Source: Escherichia coli phage vB_EcoS_Ace. Taken from it: a stretch of 64,000 nucleotides of DNA. The position numbers and the translations under genes were made by a program. Below, piece after piece: positions 56,501 to 64,000 of the stretch. The notes under the pieces were generated by a model. It was not told the DNA's origin and searched no databases. It saw only the letters and a list, made by a program, of their open reading frames with translations. Location: the sequence record MT833283.1; one strand, given 5' to 3'. Positions within the stretch are counted from its first letter, which is position 1; each line of letters opens with the position of its first letter.

Positions 56501-56636
56501 CAGTTAATTCACCAGCAGTAATAGAACTAATAGAATTACCTAAAACTACTGTATATTTAGGATACTTACTAGCAGTAGTTGTAGTGTCATCTATGTTCAG
56601 AATCTGCTGTACAATAATTTTAGTTTTAAGTGCCAT
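53574..56636 (-). CDS. ltf: L-shaped tail fibre protein (pb1/LtfA-like) with C-terminal intramolecular chaperone domain
   Basis: 1020 aa; Ala-rich coiled-coil N-region, C-terminal SDRDLKKEI...GLIAQDLAKIDLQYV plus terminal coiled coil. Confidence 0.7.
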   Translation of the reverse strand: MALKTKIIVQQILNIDDTTTTASKYPKYTVVLGNSISSITAGELTAAVEASAASAAAAKDSEIAAKLSETNARDSENRAAIYADSSEASATQAATSATESERQAGLSKASAEESAASATEAGTHKDAAQLAAQNAERSRELAEQAKTAAQQAQVAAETAQTGAETAKEGADAAATTAGEHAAAAKQSELNAKISETNAAGSATEAGDKAIDATTEADRAKAEADRATQVVDGKLDKVDISGFIKVYKTKAEADADVANRVLDEKVLVWNQTDSKYGWYKVAGTAEAPVLELVETEQKLVSINNVHADDAGNVQITLPGGNPSLWLGEVTWFPYNKDSGVGYPGVLPADGREVLRVDYPDTWEAIEAGLIPSVSEAEWQAGATLYFSTGDGSTTFRLPDMMQGQAFRAPTKGEEDGGAIKEQIPYITTVNGIGPADDTGAIKLPYVAMVNGTIRPDESGNISLGNVVTKNVWDGINGEVLLRGAFGLGGAGLTLNEPDLVSLFKAMRAFGSGYYRNDIGIGGLPAYSAGFYSKTADTHSFICPQYSSGIVFVGTINDNQLDSENPTIHTNILYGSANKPDLNNDTQGILAINNGGTGATNAAGARANIELGETNTPSFAEVAASLYNGFNSGLLYMRNHDASRNLISYSSIYNELQSGVAKTTIRTTNSTTDKTAFYQFDENGQFSAQKIKIGANYAFTMEGGERNNLELYAGASVPLDDWANFTRYNWYNDMSISGAVRSGSDKIKCHRLRVYSPSIDVADFDFYPTGYHKARAFNAGTVGNIHGWGIEQYDSGNGIPFNSVSTTNNNASFSPVVAGGTSTPNGYNIRFAIGMLSPGAAGWSRTILKLLGDNDKHRGFEFNVDGSLGTWANAPGDMWGVGYDFAKNPTSDRDLKKEIIYTDGKESYDRVMQWLPTMFKYKWGDTQRYGLIAQDLAKIDLQYVKIVPGSPVFEDVIGVDTDGNEYVDRQIETDRADDTLALDSNVILTDMACAMVYMGNKMNTLEQELEQLKQVVAALTPV

Positions 56637-57058
56637 TATTGAGTTACTCCATCGCTGATGTATACTTTACCTTCCATAATACGGAAAGAACTGACTTCAG
56701 AGCCAATTACATCACGAGTCATTAGGATATCATAATAACCAGCAAAACGTTGTCTTGGGTTATACTTATCACGTTCTTTAGATGCTTTTTCACCAATATT
56801 AGTAACGTCTGCAACGGAAAGACTAATTGCAGCAGCACCTTGAGCAGCATCAATAACACGAGTTTTAAAGTTAGCTAGAACCTCGGCGTTCTCATCTAAA
56901 CTAGATTTAATAGTTCCTCGGAGTGAATACCCCGTCAAGTTAACAGGAACTTCTGTTGGTGGATATACACTATCATCAACATCCATAAATTGCATGATAA
57001 GACCATAAGGTACTTTTTCATCAACAACAATATCAATAACTCGGTTTTCTGTACTCAT
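56636..57058 (-). CDS. tail collar protein (T5 p132-like), tentative
   Basis: 140 aa ORF between the pb4-like and fibre genes; assignment by size and synteny with T5 only. Confidence 0.45.
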   Translation of the reverse strand: MSTENRVIDIVVDEKVPYGLIMQFMDVDDSVYPPTEVPVNLTGYSLRGTIKSSLDENAEVLANFKTRVIDAAQGAAAISLSVADVTNIGEKASKERDKYNPRQRFAGYYDILMTRDVIGSEVSSFRIMEGKVYISDGVTQ

Positions 57059-57063
57059 TATAA

Positions 57064-59121
57064 TTACCTTATATGGATATACCCACTATTTAGGTCTATC
57101 TTCATCTTGTAGTATGCTTCAGGGTTCCCTGATAATGCAGCATTTCTATCGTAGATTATATTAACACCGATTTGCGATAAGAAGGCATTTCCTGCCACAA
57201 TCTTATCCGCAGTAACAGTCCCATTAACAATCATATTGCCATGAAGAACCATTGCAGGGTTAATCCATCCAGCTCCGTTCCATTGACGGGTAAATGCTGT
57301 TTGCGGAGCATTACTGTTAAATTGTGTTAGAACATCATACTTAACCGGAGGTTTTCCAAAGTTATTTTGGAAGAATGCGTTAGCTTGTCCATCATCCCAA
57401 CCACCTAGTCCAGGAATACCCATGGAGTACATCCCAGGACCACGCTGTCCATCATGTCCTATAGTACCTTCAGTACCACTCCACTGAACTACATCAGACC
57501 AGCTAGTACCTTCAAGAAGTTTGTTAGTAACTGGATCAAGTGTACCTGTAGTCGCATAGATATTTTGTGTCATATCTGTACGGTTAGGTGGAGTTTTTGC
57601 CCAACCAGGAGGCGGATAATCTTGTTCTAGCGGTTTGGCCGGTAAAGATGTTGCTAACTTATAAACAAATACTGTTTGCTTACCTTGTAAACCAGTTCCA
57701 ATATCTACGTCACCATTTGGCGTTCCAATTACTACACCACTAGAGATGCGCAGAGTAGTACCATCATAACGTATCCATTGTGTAGCATTACCAATGTCTA
57801 GTTTCGCTTTGGCAGAGGTATTATCCATACCCATCCAAATACCAGAATTATTATCTCCCCAAGATTTACCTTGAGTGTAAATTGCTGGATTATCTTTACC
57901 AGACAAGTTAGTCATGATAAAGTTCGCAGCATTAATATCTCTAGTAATTACTTTACCATCAACGTTAACAACACGATTTATAGGGTCGAAAGAAATAGGT
58001 GCTTTTCCTTCTTCATCGAGCAGACCAATGTTAATAGCACCAGTAGCTGCATCAATTAAGAATGTCTGTCTCCAGATTTCCCCATCTTTCATACTACCCT
58101 TAATAAAGGCATAGTTAACATCAATACCCGTCTCATTGACAAAACTGTTATCTAGAGGAGTATCCTCATTCAGAATAAATGTTACAGGAGCTGATTCTGT
58201 TATATCTTGCTTATTTGGTCCCCAGGCAATTGATGAAACCTTAAAGGTATGTTCAACTTTCCATGGGAATGATATAATCGTTGCAGCTCTAGCAGCCCCC
58301 ACGTTTATCTTTTGAGCTTTAGCCCAGCCAGTCTTAGCGTATTCTTCGGAGTTTATATAAGTAACCAAGAACTCACGAACATTAGCACCAGCACCGCGTT
58401 CCCAATCCCACTCAATTCTAACATCATATCGTTCTTTACCATCAGCAATTCGTGCAGCTTTAAAAACAATATCGATAGGTGCAGTAGGAGGAACAAAATT
58501 ATAAGCTACAGTTAGAATACTAGGGAACTCATAGTAACCAGAAGAATCAACTGTAACACCATCAGGCATAGTTACTTGACCAGATATTCTGATCTTATAA
58601 TCTCCGATAGGAACTCCACCAAATTTAATAGTAGAACCTAAAGCCCCAATGTAATACTTAGTCCAAGGACTATCTTCCGTGGCTGTACTTTTTAACTCAA
58701 TAGTACAGTAACTTGCTTCACCAGTAGTTTCCACAACAACTATCGGTGCGCCCACCCCAACATCCACTGGTTCTGACTCAGACCTTGCTGTAACAATTAT
58801 TGGCTTCTCTTTTGTTTTAAAGTTAGTTTCATTAGAGAGGTTAATACCAATTTTTGCATTTAAAAGTTCTGAGTCAATAATTGAGTCATAAAAAGCTCCC
58901 TGAACCTGATAGGTAGTTGAGGGAGTTAAGTTATTGATCATAACAAAGAAAGTGTCGATTCCAGTGAAATCTCTTCTATCCACTTCTTCGCCAAGTTTAA
59001 GCCAGAATGATCTACCGATAACATCGTAGTCGGTATAGATAGAATGCTGGATATACGCCATAGTATATCCAGTCATAATACTATTTAAGACCATCTTGGC
59101 TGGTGCATTATTCGAAATCAT
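57064..59121 (-). CDS. baseplate/tail-tip protein (T5 pb4-like)
   Basis: 685 aa; position downstream of the hub gene and size match T5 pb4; beta-rich repeats. Confidence 0.55.
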   Translation of the reverse strand: MISNNAPAKMVLNSIMTGYTMAYIQHSIYTDYDVIGRSFWLKLGEEVDRRDFTGIDTFFVMINNLTPSTTYQVQGAFYDSIIDSELLNAKIGINLSNETNFKTKEKPIIVTARSESEPVDVGVGAPIVVVETTGEASYCTIELKSTATEDSPWTKYYIGALGSTIKFGGVPIGDYKIRISGQVTMPDGVTVDSSGYYEFPSILTVAYNFVPPTAPIDIVFKAARIADGKERYDVRIEWDWERGAGANVREFLVTYINSEEYAKTGWAKAQKINVGAARAATIISFPWKVEHTFKVSSIAWGPNKQDITESAPVTFILNEDTPLDNSFVNETGIDVNYAFIKGSMKDGEIWRQTFLIDAATGAINIGLLDEEGKAPISFDPINRVVNVDGKVITRDINAANFIMTNLSGKDNPAIYTQGKSWGDNNSGIWMGMDNTSAKAKLDIGNATQWIRYDGTTLRISSGVVIGTPNGDVDIGTGLQGKQTVFVYKLATSLPAKPLEQDYPPPGWAKTPPNRTDMTQNIYATTGTLDPVTNKLLEGTSWSDVVQWSGTEGTIGHDGQRGPGMYSMGIPGLGGWDDGQANAFFQNNFGKPPVKYDVLTQFNSNAPQTAFTRQWNGAGWINPAMVLHGNMIVNGTVTADKIVAGNAFLSQIGVNIIYDRNAALSGNPEAYYKMKIDLNSGYIHIR

Positions 59122-61971
59122 TTAAATAGATGCCCAATCCACAGATTGCTCGCCATTATCACCTTCTGCTCTTATACGGAAGCGTAACTTCCTATTAATA
59201 CCTAGAGCATCCTCGTTATGAAGAGCATAGTCTGCCTTATTGTATATCAGTAGATAATCGTAGACATACTGATCTTCAATTCGTACACTTCTTAATAAAC
59301 GATCTAGGTTATCGTAGATTTCGAGAGTGTAGAAGATTCCATCAATGATATCTTCTTCTGGAATTCTATCCCAGGCCAACTTAACGTCTGGTCCTACAAA
59401 CTCCGATGCATCTCCTGAAGCTGTATTAGTAACCCTGAAATTACTAACGACGCTTAAGTTTTTAGCAGAGTTAAGTTCTACCGATAGTGTTACAGGAGAA
59501 CTTCGTCTACCATTAATATCTACAGCTCTAATCTCAAAGACTGCTAAACCAGCAGGTTCTCCAATAATTTCTTGGATCATTCGTAGATTTGGATTAGTTT
59601 CTAATTGCTGTACGATGTAAGGATCAGCATGTCCAGAATGAACAATGGAGTAGTAAACAACGTTATTAGTTAAGCTAGGAAGCCAAGATAACTCACCATT
59701 CTTACCAATAGATCCTACTTGTCCACCCGGTGTTGGTGTATACATAAAGTCTCTAGGAGGCAGTACATTATTACTAACATCAGGGATATCGTTACCACTA
59801 TTATCAACCTGCTCGGAGTTAATGAATACATCCTCACCATACTCTTGCAGTGTAATATTAATCTTACCTTCTCTAGAGTTTTCAACCTCATCAACTAGGA
59901 AGTATTTCTTATTCCAACCATAACGACCATATGTAAAAGCAATCGGATCGTTAGGCTCAATGCCTATGAAATGATATGGTAATGAGAATGTGAGAGTTCG
60001 TGAGTAACGAGACTTTTTCAGTTCTCTATCTGCAAAGCTACGTGCAGTATAGTAGTTAGTGATATTTGCAAAAGAAAGCTGAAGTTTTTTATCTAATCCT
60101 TTATCTTGTTCCTTAAATATAGAGTTAAAGAATGTAATGGAGTTAGTCTTCCAGCTTAATGCAGGATCTAATATGGAGGCTTGTACTGAGTTGAACTTAT
60201 TTCTACCTGTGGTATCTGATAGCTCCAAATCACCGTAGGTATCTAAGAAGTCAATCTCTAATGGGGTGTTTGAGAACTTCTCAACAGTTATTCTATATTG
60301 ACCAGATAAGTTGTTGATAGCACCACCATAAGACTCTATTAATCCCTGCACGTTTTTAAATACTGACTCAGAGGTATCGAGAATAGTGTTCATTTGAACT
60401 ATTTGTCTATTCTCTCCTACAGCATCAGTCCATCCAACGTATCTCCAATAGGGTTGCCAAGAAACCTGGTAGGATTCATCAATGATATCCAAAATAGCTG
60501 CTTCTTGAATAAGTTGCTGGAGTGGGAACTGATCGATAGTGATATTAGCACCGTAGCGATCAGAGGTTAGGTAGTCCAGAGTTTGCCATATACCATTTAA
60601 GCTGGTCTTATCAGCAGTTACTCTACCATCTGAATGATAGATCTTAATCTTCTTACCTTGAACTTCAGCACTAACTTCTGGAATTTCTGTTCTGTTTTCA
60701 TTAATAGTAAAGCGAACGATAGCATAAGCAGTATCTAACAGTTTATAACGAGAGTCCCAGTATTCCGGTCCATTCTCATTCATGTTCTGTAGATAGAAAC
60801 CTTTCTCTTTTGCAATGTTAACTAGAACATCAGCAGCAGATTGATCAGCCTTACCATGATAAGTCCAGATACGGATATCGCCATTACCATCATTATACTT
60901 ATATTCCTGTCCATGAATAGAAGGTTCAGAGCTTGGTTGACCAGAAGCAATACGTTGCATGGTATCACCAGCTACTTTCTTAGTACCAAAACAAGTACGA
61001 GACTTACTATCATTAGGATCAATACAGATCATTGGTACATCACCAAAGTAGAAATCTAGAAATCCATCAATCTCACCCTCACAGAAAGCGTATACTACAT
61101 ATACGATATTAGGGTTATGCAGTTCAGTATCTGCAAATACTGGGATTCCAGGAATTTTCTGAACTCCGTATACTACTGGAAGGAATTTAGCTGCTAAGTT
61201 AAAATCAAGATCTACTTCCTTAGTTACAGTCTCATAGTATTTCTTTAGGCTATAGCTTCTAGAAAGACCAAATAACTTTTTCTTAGATTGTAACTTATAA
61301 CGTTCTTCCTGAACCTGATACTTAGCAAGAATAGAAATACTCTTGTTAGCGTGGAAGAATCCGTAGTCCTCTTGATATTCAGGTCGTTTAGCACCATTAG
61401 ATGGAACTAATTGGCCAGCAACAATCTCAAGTCCCCTATGGTCAGCATCATCTGTGAAACGTCCGTTTACTCTATCAAAGTCATAGAATTGGTTTGAACA
61501 GTTCCATGTAATAACAGATGTACTAACTCCAGAAGTACCAATGTTATCCTTAATACCACCACCAGTGATTTTACCACGGAAGTAAAGTAAAGGACCATTA
61601 GTGTCTGGATCTACAGGAAGAATGTTACCTTCTTCATCAATAACCGCTTGATGGATTGAGATGGATCTATCTAGGAAGGATACACCATTTTGGACTAGTT
61701 TTAATACTTCATCTTCAGCAGTACCTGTGATAGTAAAAGAAAGGCTACCAATGGAAAGTTTTCTATTTTGTTTATGTGTTGTTATAGACTTAACTTTACC
61801 AGATGTGTAAAGAATACCATTATAAATTACATCCCTAAAATAGTCTGTAAGATAAATGTACGCAGAACTTGATCCGGTAGAGCTTGGCAATTCAAGAGTA
61901 ATAAGGCATGCAGTTTTTATTTTATTATTGGTTCTTAAATACTCTCTTGCACTGTCAAGAATTTTCTTCAT
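59122..61971 (-). CDS. baseplate hub protein (T5 pb3-like)
   Basis: 949 aa, the same length I recall for T5 pb3, following the Dit gene in conserved order. Confidence 0.65.
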   Translation of the reverse strand: MKKILDSAREYLRTNNKIKTACLITLELPSSTGSSSAYIYLTDYFRDVIYNGILYTSGKVKSITTHKQNRKLSIGSLSFTITGTAEDEVLKLVQNGVSFLDRSISIHQAVIDEEGNILPVDPDTNGPLLYFRGKITGGGIKDNIGTSGVSTSVITWNCSNQFYDFDRVNGRFTDDADHRGLEIVAGQLVPSNGAKRPEYQEDYGFFHANKSISILAKYQVQEERYKLQSKKKLFGLSRSYSLKKYYETVTKEVDLDFNLAAKFLPVVYGVQKIPGIPVFADTELHNPNIVYVVYAFCEGEIDGFLDFYFGDVPMICIDPNDSKSRTCFGTKKVAGDTMQRIASGQPSSEPSIHGQEYKYNDGNGDIRIWTYHGKADQSAADVLVNIAKEKGFYLQNMNENGPEYWDSRYKLLDTAYAIVRFTINENRTEIPEVSAEVQGKKIKIYHSDGRVTADKTSLNGIWQTLDYLTSDRYGANITIDQFPLQQLIQEAAILDIIDESYQVSWQPYWRYVGWTDAVGENRQIVQMNTILDTSESVFKNVQGLIESYGGAINNLSGQYRITVEKFSNTPLEIDFLDTYGDLELSDTTGRNKFNSVQASILDPALSWKTNSITFFNSIFKEQDKGLDKKLQLSFANITNYYTARSFADRELKKSRYSRTLTFSLPYHFIGIEPNDPIAFTYGRYGWNKKYFLVDEVENSREGKINITLQEYGEDVFINSEQVDNSGNDIPDVSNNVLPPRDFMYTPTPGGQVGSIGKNGELSWLPSLTNNVVYYSIVHSGHADPYIVQQLETNPNLRMIQEIIGEPAGLAVFEIRAVDINGRRSSPVTLSVELNSAKNLSVVSNFRVTNTASGDASEFVGPDVKLAWDRIPEEDIIDGIFYTLEIYDNLDRLLRSVRIEDQYVYDYLLIYNKADYALHNEDALGINRKLRFRIRAEGDNGEQSVDWASI

Positions 61972-62582
61972 AGACTTTCCCTCAAGGAAAGTGAAATACC
62001 AGTATATGTACCATTACTATTTAACGTAGAGCCAAAACTGTCTCCGTTCATTAATTTAGTTCTAAACAGAATACCATTAAATACCGGTTTCTCACTACCC
62101 GTAGTAGTAATGAATAGATCAGGATAAACACTTATATTCCAAGTATTTCCTGCTGTGTTGATAGAAGTGATTTTATACACTTTTGGATGGTTGGACAATT
62201 TAAATAAATCGCCTGGTTTAGGCAGTCCACGAAGTGTACCTTTAGTGTCCATAATAACTGTTGAACCTTTTTGTCCAGCAGGAATATTTACAGCACTAGT
62301 ATCACCACGAACTCGGAAAGCTTCATATTGTGGTAATAACACATCAATATAGCTACCTGTTCTTTTATAATCTAGAATGAATGAGTCTAATTTAGCAAAT
62401 TCATCTGGGAATAATTCTGGATAAGAGATATTAATACCCCAATATTGAGCAGACACCTTAACCTCCCTAACTTTACCATTAGGTAATTCATCACGAATCA
62501 TAGGGTCATTGTCTACTAAGTTAACGCTTTCAAAACCTAACCCTGATAGCTCTGGGTTCGTGTATGGGTCTGGTAGTCTCAT
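61968..62582 (-). CDS. distal tail protein Dit (T5 pb9-like)
   Basis: 204 aa, directly downstream of the tape measure gene; size and synteny match; promoter-like TTGATA-17-TATAAT upstream. Confidence 0.6.
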   Translation of the reverse strand: MRLPDPYTNPELSGLGFESVNLVDNDPMIRDELPNGKVREVKVSAQYWGINISYPELFPDEFAKLDSFILDYKRTGSYIDVLLPQYEAFRVRGDTSAVNIPAGQKGSTVIMDTKGTLRGLPKPGDLFKLSNHPKVYKITSINTAGNTWNISVYPDLFITTTGSEKPVFNGILFRTKLMNGDSFGSTLNSNGTYTGISLSLRESL

Positions 62583-62661
62583 AGTTAATTTCTCCTCTTA
62601 ATAACAATATTATAATAGGATTGGAAAATTTTATCAAGAAATTTTTATTTTTCCATAAAGA

Positions 62662-62686
62662 AAAGGAGGACTTTATGTCCTCCTCC
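62662..62686 (-). terminator. hairpin terminator after the tape measure gene
   Basis: rc gives GGAGGAC-ATAAA-GTCCTCC followed by TTTTCTTTATGG. Confidence 0.55.
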
Positions 62687-62690
62687 AGTA

Positions 62691-64000
62691 TTAAGAATTA
62701 CCAAGTGATTTCAGGGTGGTTCCATTCTCATTAAGAGCCTGTTCCACGGCATCCCTGAAAGCAGCACTGTTGCTCGAAGCAAAGTCTCGGAAGCTAGCCG
62801 CATCCATCGTACTGATGTTCAGCACAATAGGTCTACCCGATGTACCCTTTGAAGATCCTTTGAGTTCATCAGTAGGAGTAGCCTTCATCGGAACCATAGG
62901 AGTGATTACTTCGGTACCATGCTCACCCATCTGGTAACTAACTCCAGGATACATATTACCACCTTCTGCACGAGGTACGAAAGAGTTAGCATTACCAATC
63001 CCTTGATCACCTCGAATATAAGAAAGTTCTCCTGCGTTAGCCGACATAGAAACGTCTACGTTCTTCTGGCGCTCTCCAAGAGTTAAGTAACCAGCTGTCT
63101 CAGCACCAGAGTCCCCAATAGAAGACATACCAGATGCAGAGGATGCTTGAGCAAGAGCCATAGCACCTGCTAAACCAGCCGCAACCATCAGAGGAATAGA
63201 GAATGGATACGGAACAGCTGTTGCTGCCTGCATCACCGCTACTGCCGTCTGGATAATGATTTGCTTCTTAGCCGCATCTTGCTGGATCTTGAGCTTTTCA
63301 GCCTCTAACTTCTTGATCTTAGCTTTGGATTGCTCAGATTTACCATCACGTTTCTGTTCTGCTGCAATAGCTGCATCAATAGCACTTACCTGTTGACCAA
63401 CACTATACTGAATCATTGAAGATACAGTTTGCATACCCGCCGCTACTAGAGAAGTGGTATCCAGAGATCCTTGAGAGAACTGGATCATAGCGTTAGTTAG
63501 GTTACCCATGCTTTGTGCTACAGCAGTTGCTTCGGAGTTCAGCTCAGACAGCTTAGAAATAGCCTGGTCGTAAGATGCCATTCTATTCTGCATATCTGCG
63601 AAGTTTTTATCTTCTCCAGTTAATCCAGTAGTAGGAGTATACGTAGCCCCTACAGCTGCACCTACAGAAGACTGCATTTCTGCATCACGCTGTACTCTTA
63701 GAGCCGCAAGCTGGGCTCTAGTTTCTGCTAGCTTTTTGTTATATTCTAGCTGAGCAGCAGCATTCCCTAAAGTTTTTTGCTTAAGGTCTTCGAATAACTG
63801 GATTTGCTCCTTGATACGTTCCGCAGCTCCCATTAAAGGATTTGCAGTAAATTTTCTTTGTTGCTCCTCCTCCCTGCCAGCAGCCATTTCCCTTTGCTGA
63901 TCCTGACGGAATTTCCATATTTCACGTTCAATTTGTGCCTGAGCACGTCTTGATTGTTCAGCTTCCTTATGCTTATCAACCTGTTTGGAGTACCATTCAT
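62691..64000 (-). CDS. tail tape measure protein (pb2-like), C-terminal part; 5' end beyond window
   Basis: Reading frame stays open upstream of the track's ATG at 63887 to the window end; coiled-coil and Ala/Gly-rich segments typical of tape measure proteins; the tentative pb2 identification rests on synteny with the adjacent Dit-like gene. Confidence 0.6.
   Translation of the reverse strand, partial: EWYSKQVDKHKEAEQSRRAQAQIEREIWKFRQDQQREMAAGREEEQQRKFTANPLMGAAERIKEQIQLFEDLKQKTLGNAAAQLEYNKKLAETRAQLAALRVQRDAEMQSSVGAAVGATYTPTTGLTGEDKNFADMQNRMASYDQAISKLSELNSEATAVAQSMGNLTNAMIQFSQGSLDTTSLVAAGMQTVSSMIQYSVGQQVSAIDAAIAAEQKRDGKSEQSKAKIKKLEAEKLKIQQDAAKKQIIIQTAVAVMQAATAVPYPFSIPLMVAAGLAGAMALAQASSASGMSSIGDSGAETAGYLTLGERQKNVDVSMSANAGELSYIRGDQGIGNANSFVPRAEGGNMYPGVSYQMGEHGTEVITPMVPMKATPTDELKGSSKGTSGRPIVLNISTMDAASFRDFASSNSAAFRDAVEQALNENGTTLKSLGNS

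Noticed and set aside
1-64000. Integrase, attachment sites or lysogeny module
   Set aside because: No tyrosine/serine recombinase or repressor-like ORFs seen; gene content is that of a strictly lytic T5-like phage.

Overview
This window reads as a T5-like (Tequintavirus-type) virulent siphophage genome segment, judged from gene content, gene order and the repeated T5-type early promoter/leader (one copy at 33455-33500 matches the classic T5 P-N25 promoter-leader as I remember it). Three blocks: (1) 1-24.8 kb, minus strand: accessory/early arm with at least 15 tRNA genes interleaved with GIY-YIG-like (T5orf172-type) and HNH endonuclease genes, a pnuC-nadR NAD salvage pair, SPFH protein, SleB-like hydrolase, DEDDh exonuclease, RNase H, HslV-like hydrolase, thyA, DHFR, nrdB, nrdA, phoH. 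(2) 25.0-51.7 kb, plus strand: nrdD, Sir2-like protein, origin-binding-type SF2 ATPase, split NAD-dependent DNA ligase, DnaB-like helicase, primase, DNA polymerase, SF2 helicase, SSB-like protein, SbcD/SbcC-like nuclease, flap endonuclease, dUTPase. (3) 51.8-64.0 kb, minus strand: late tail genes (two tail-fibre genes each with a C-terminal chaperone domain, collar, pb4-like, pb3-like hub, Dit, tape measure running off the window). Most unusual: a promoter-driven ~0.9 kb ORF-free, GC-elevated block (10375-11247), a nadR-like gene interrupted by one in-frame TAG, and a ~0.6 kb non-coding leader upstream of the origin-binding gene. All calls are from reading the sequence and ORF track by eye; tRNA folds were done by hand and boundaries may be off by a few nt. 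No database search was run.
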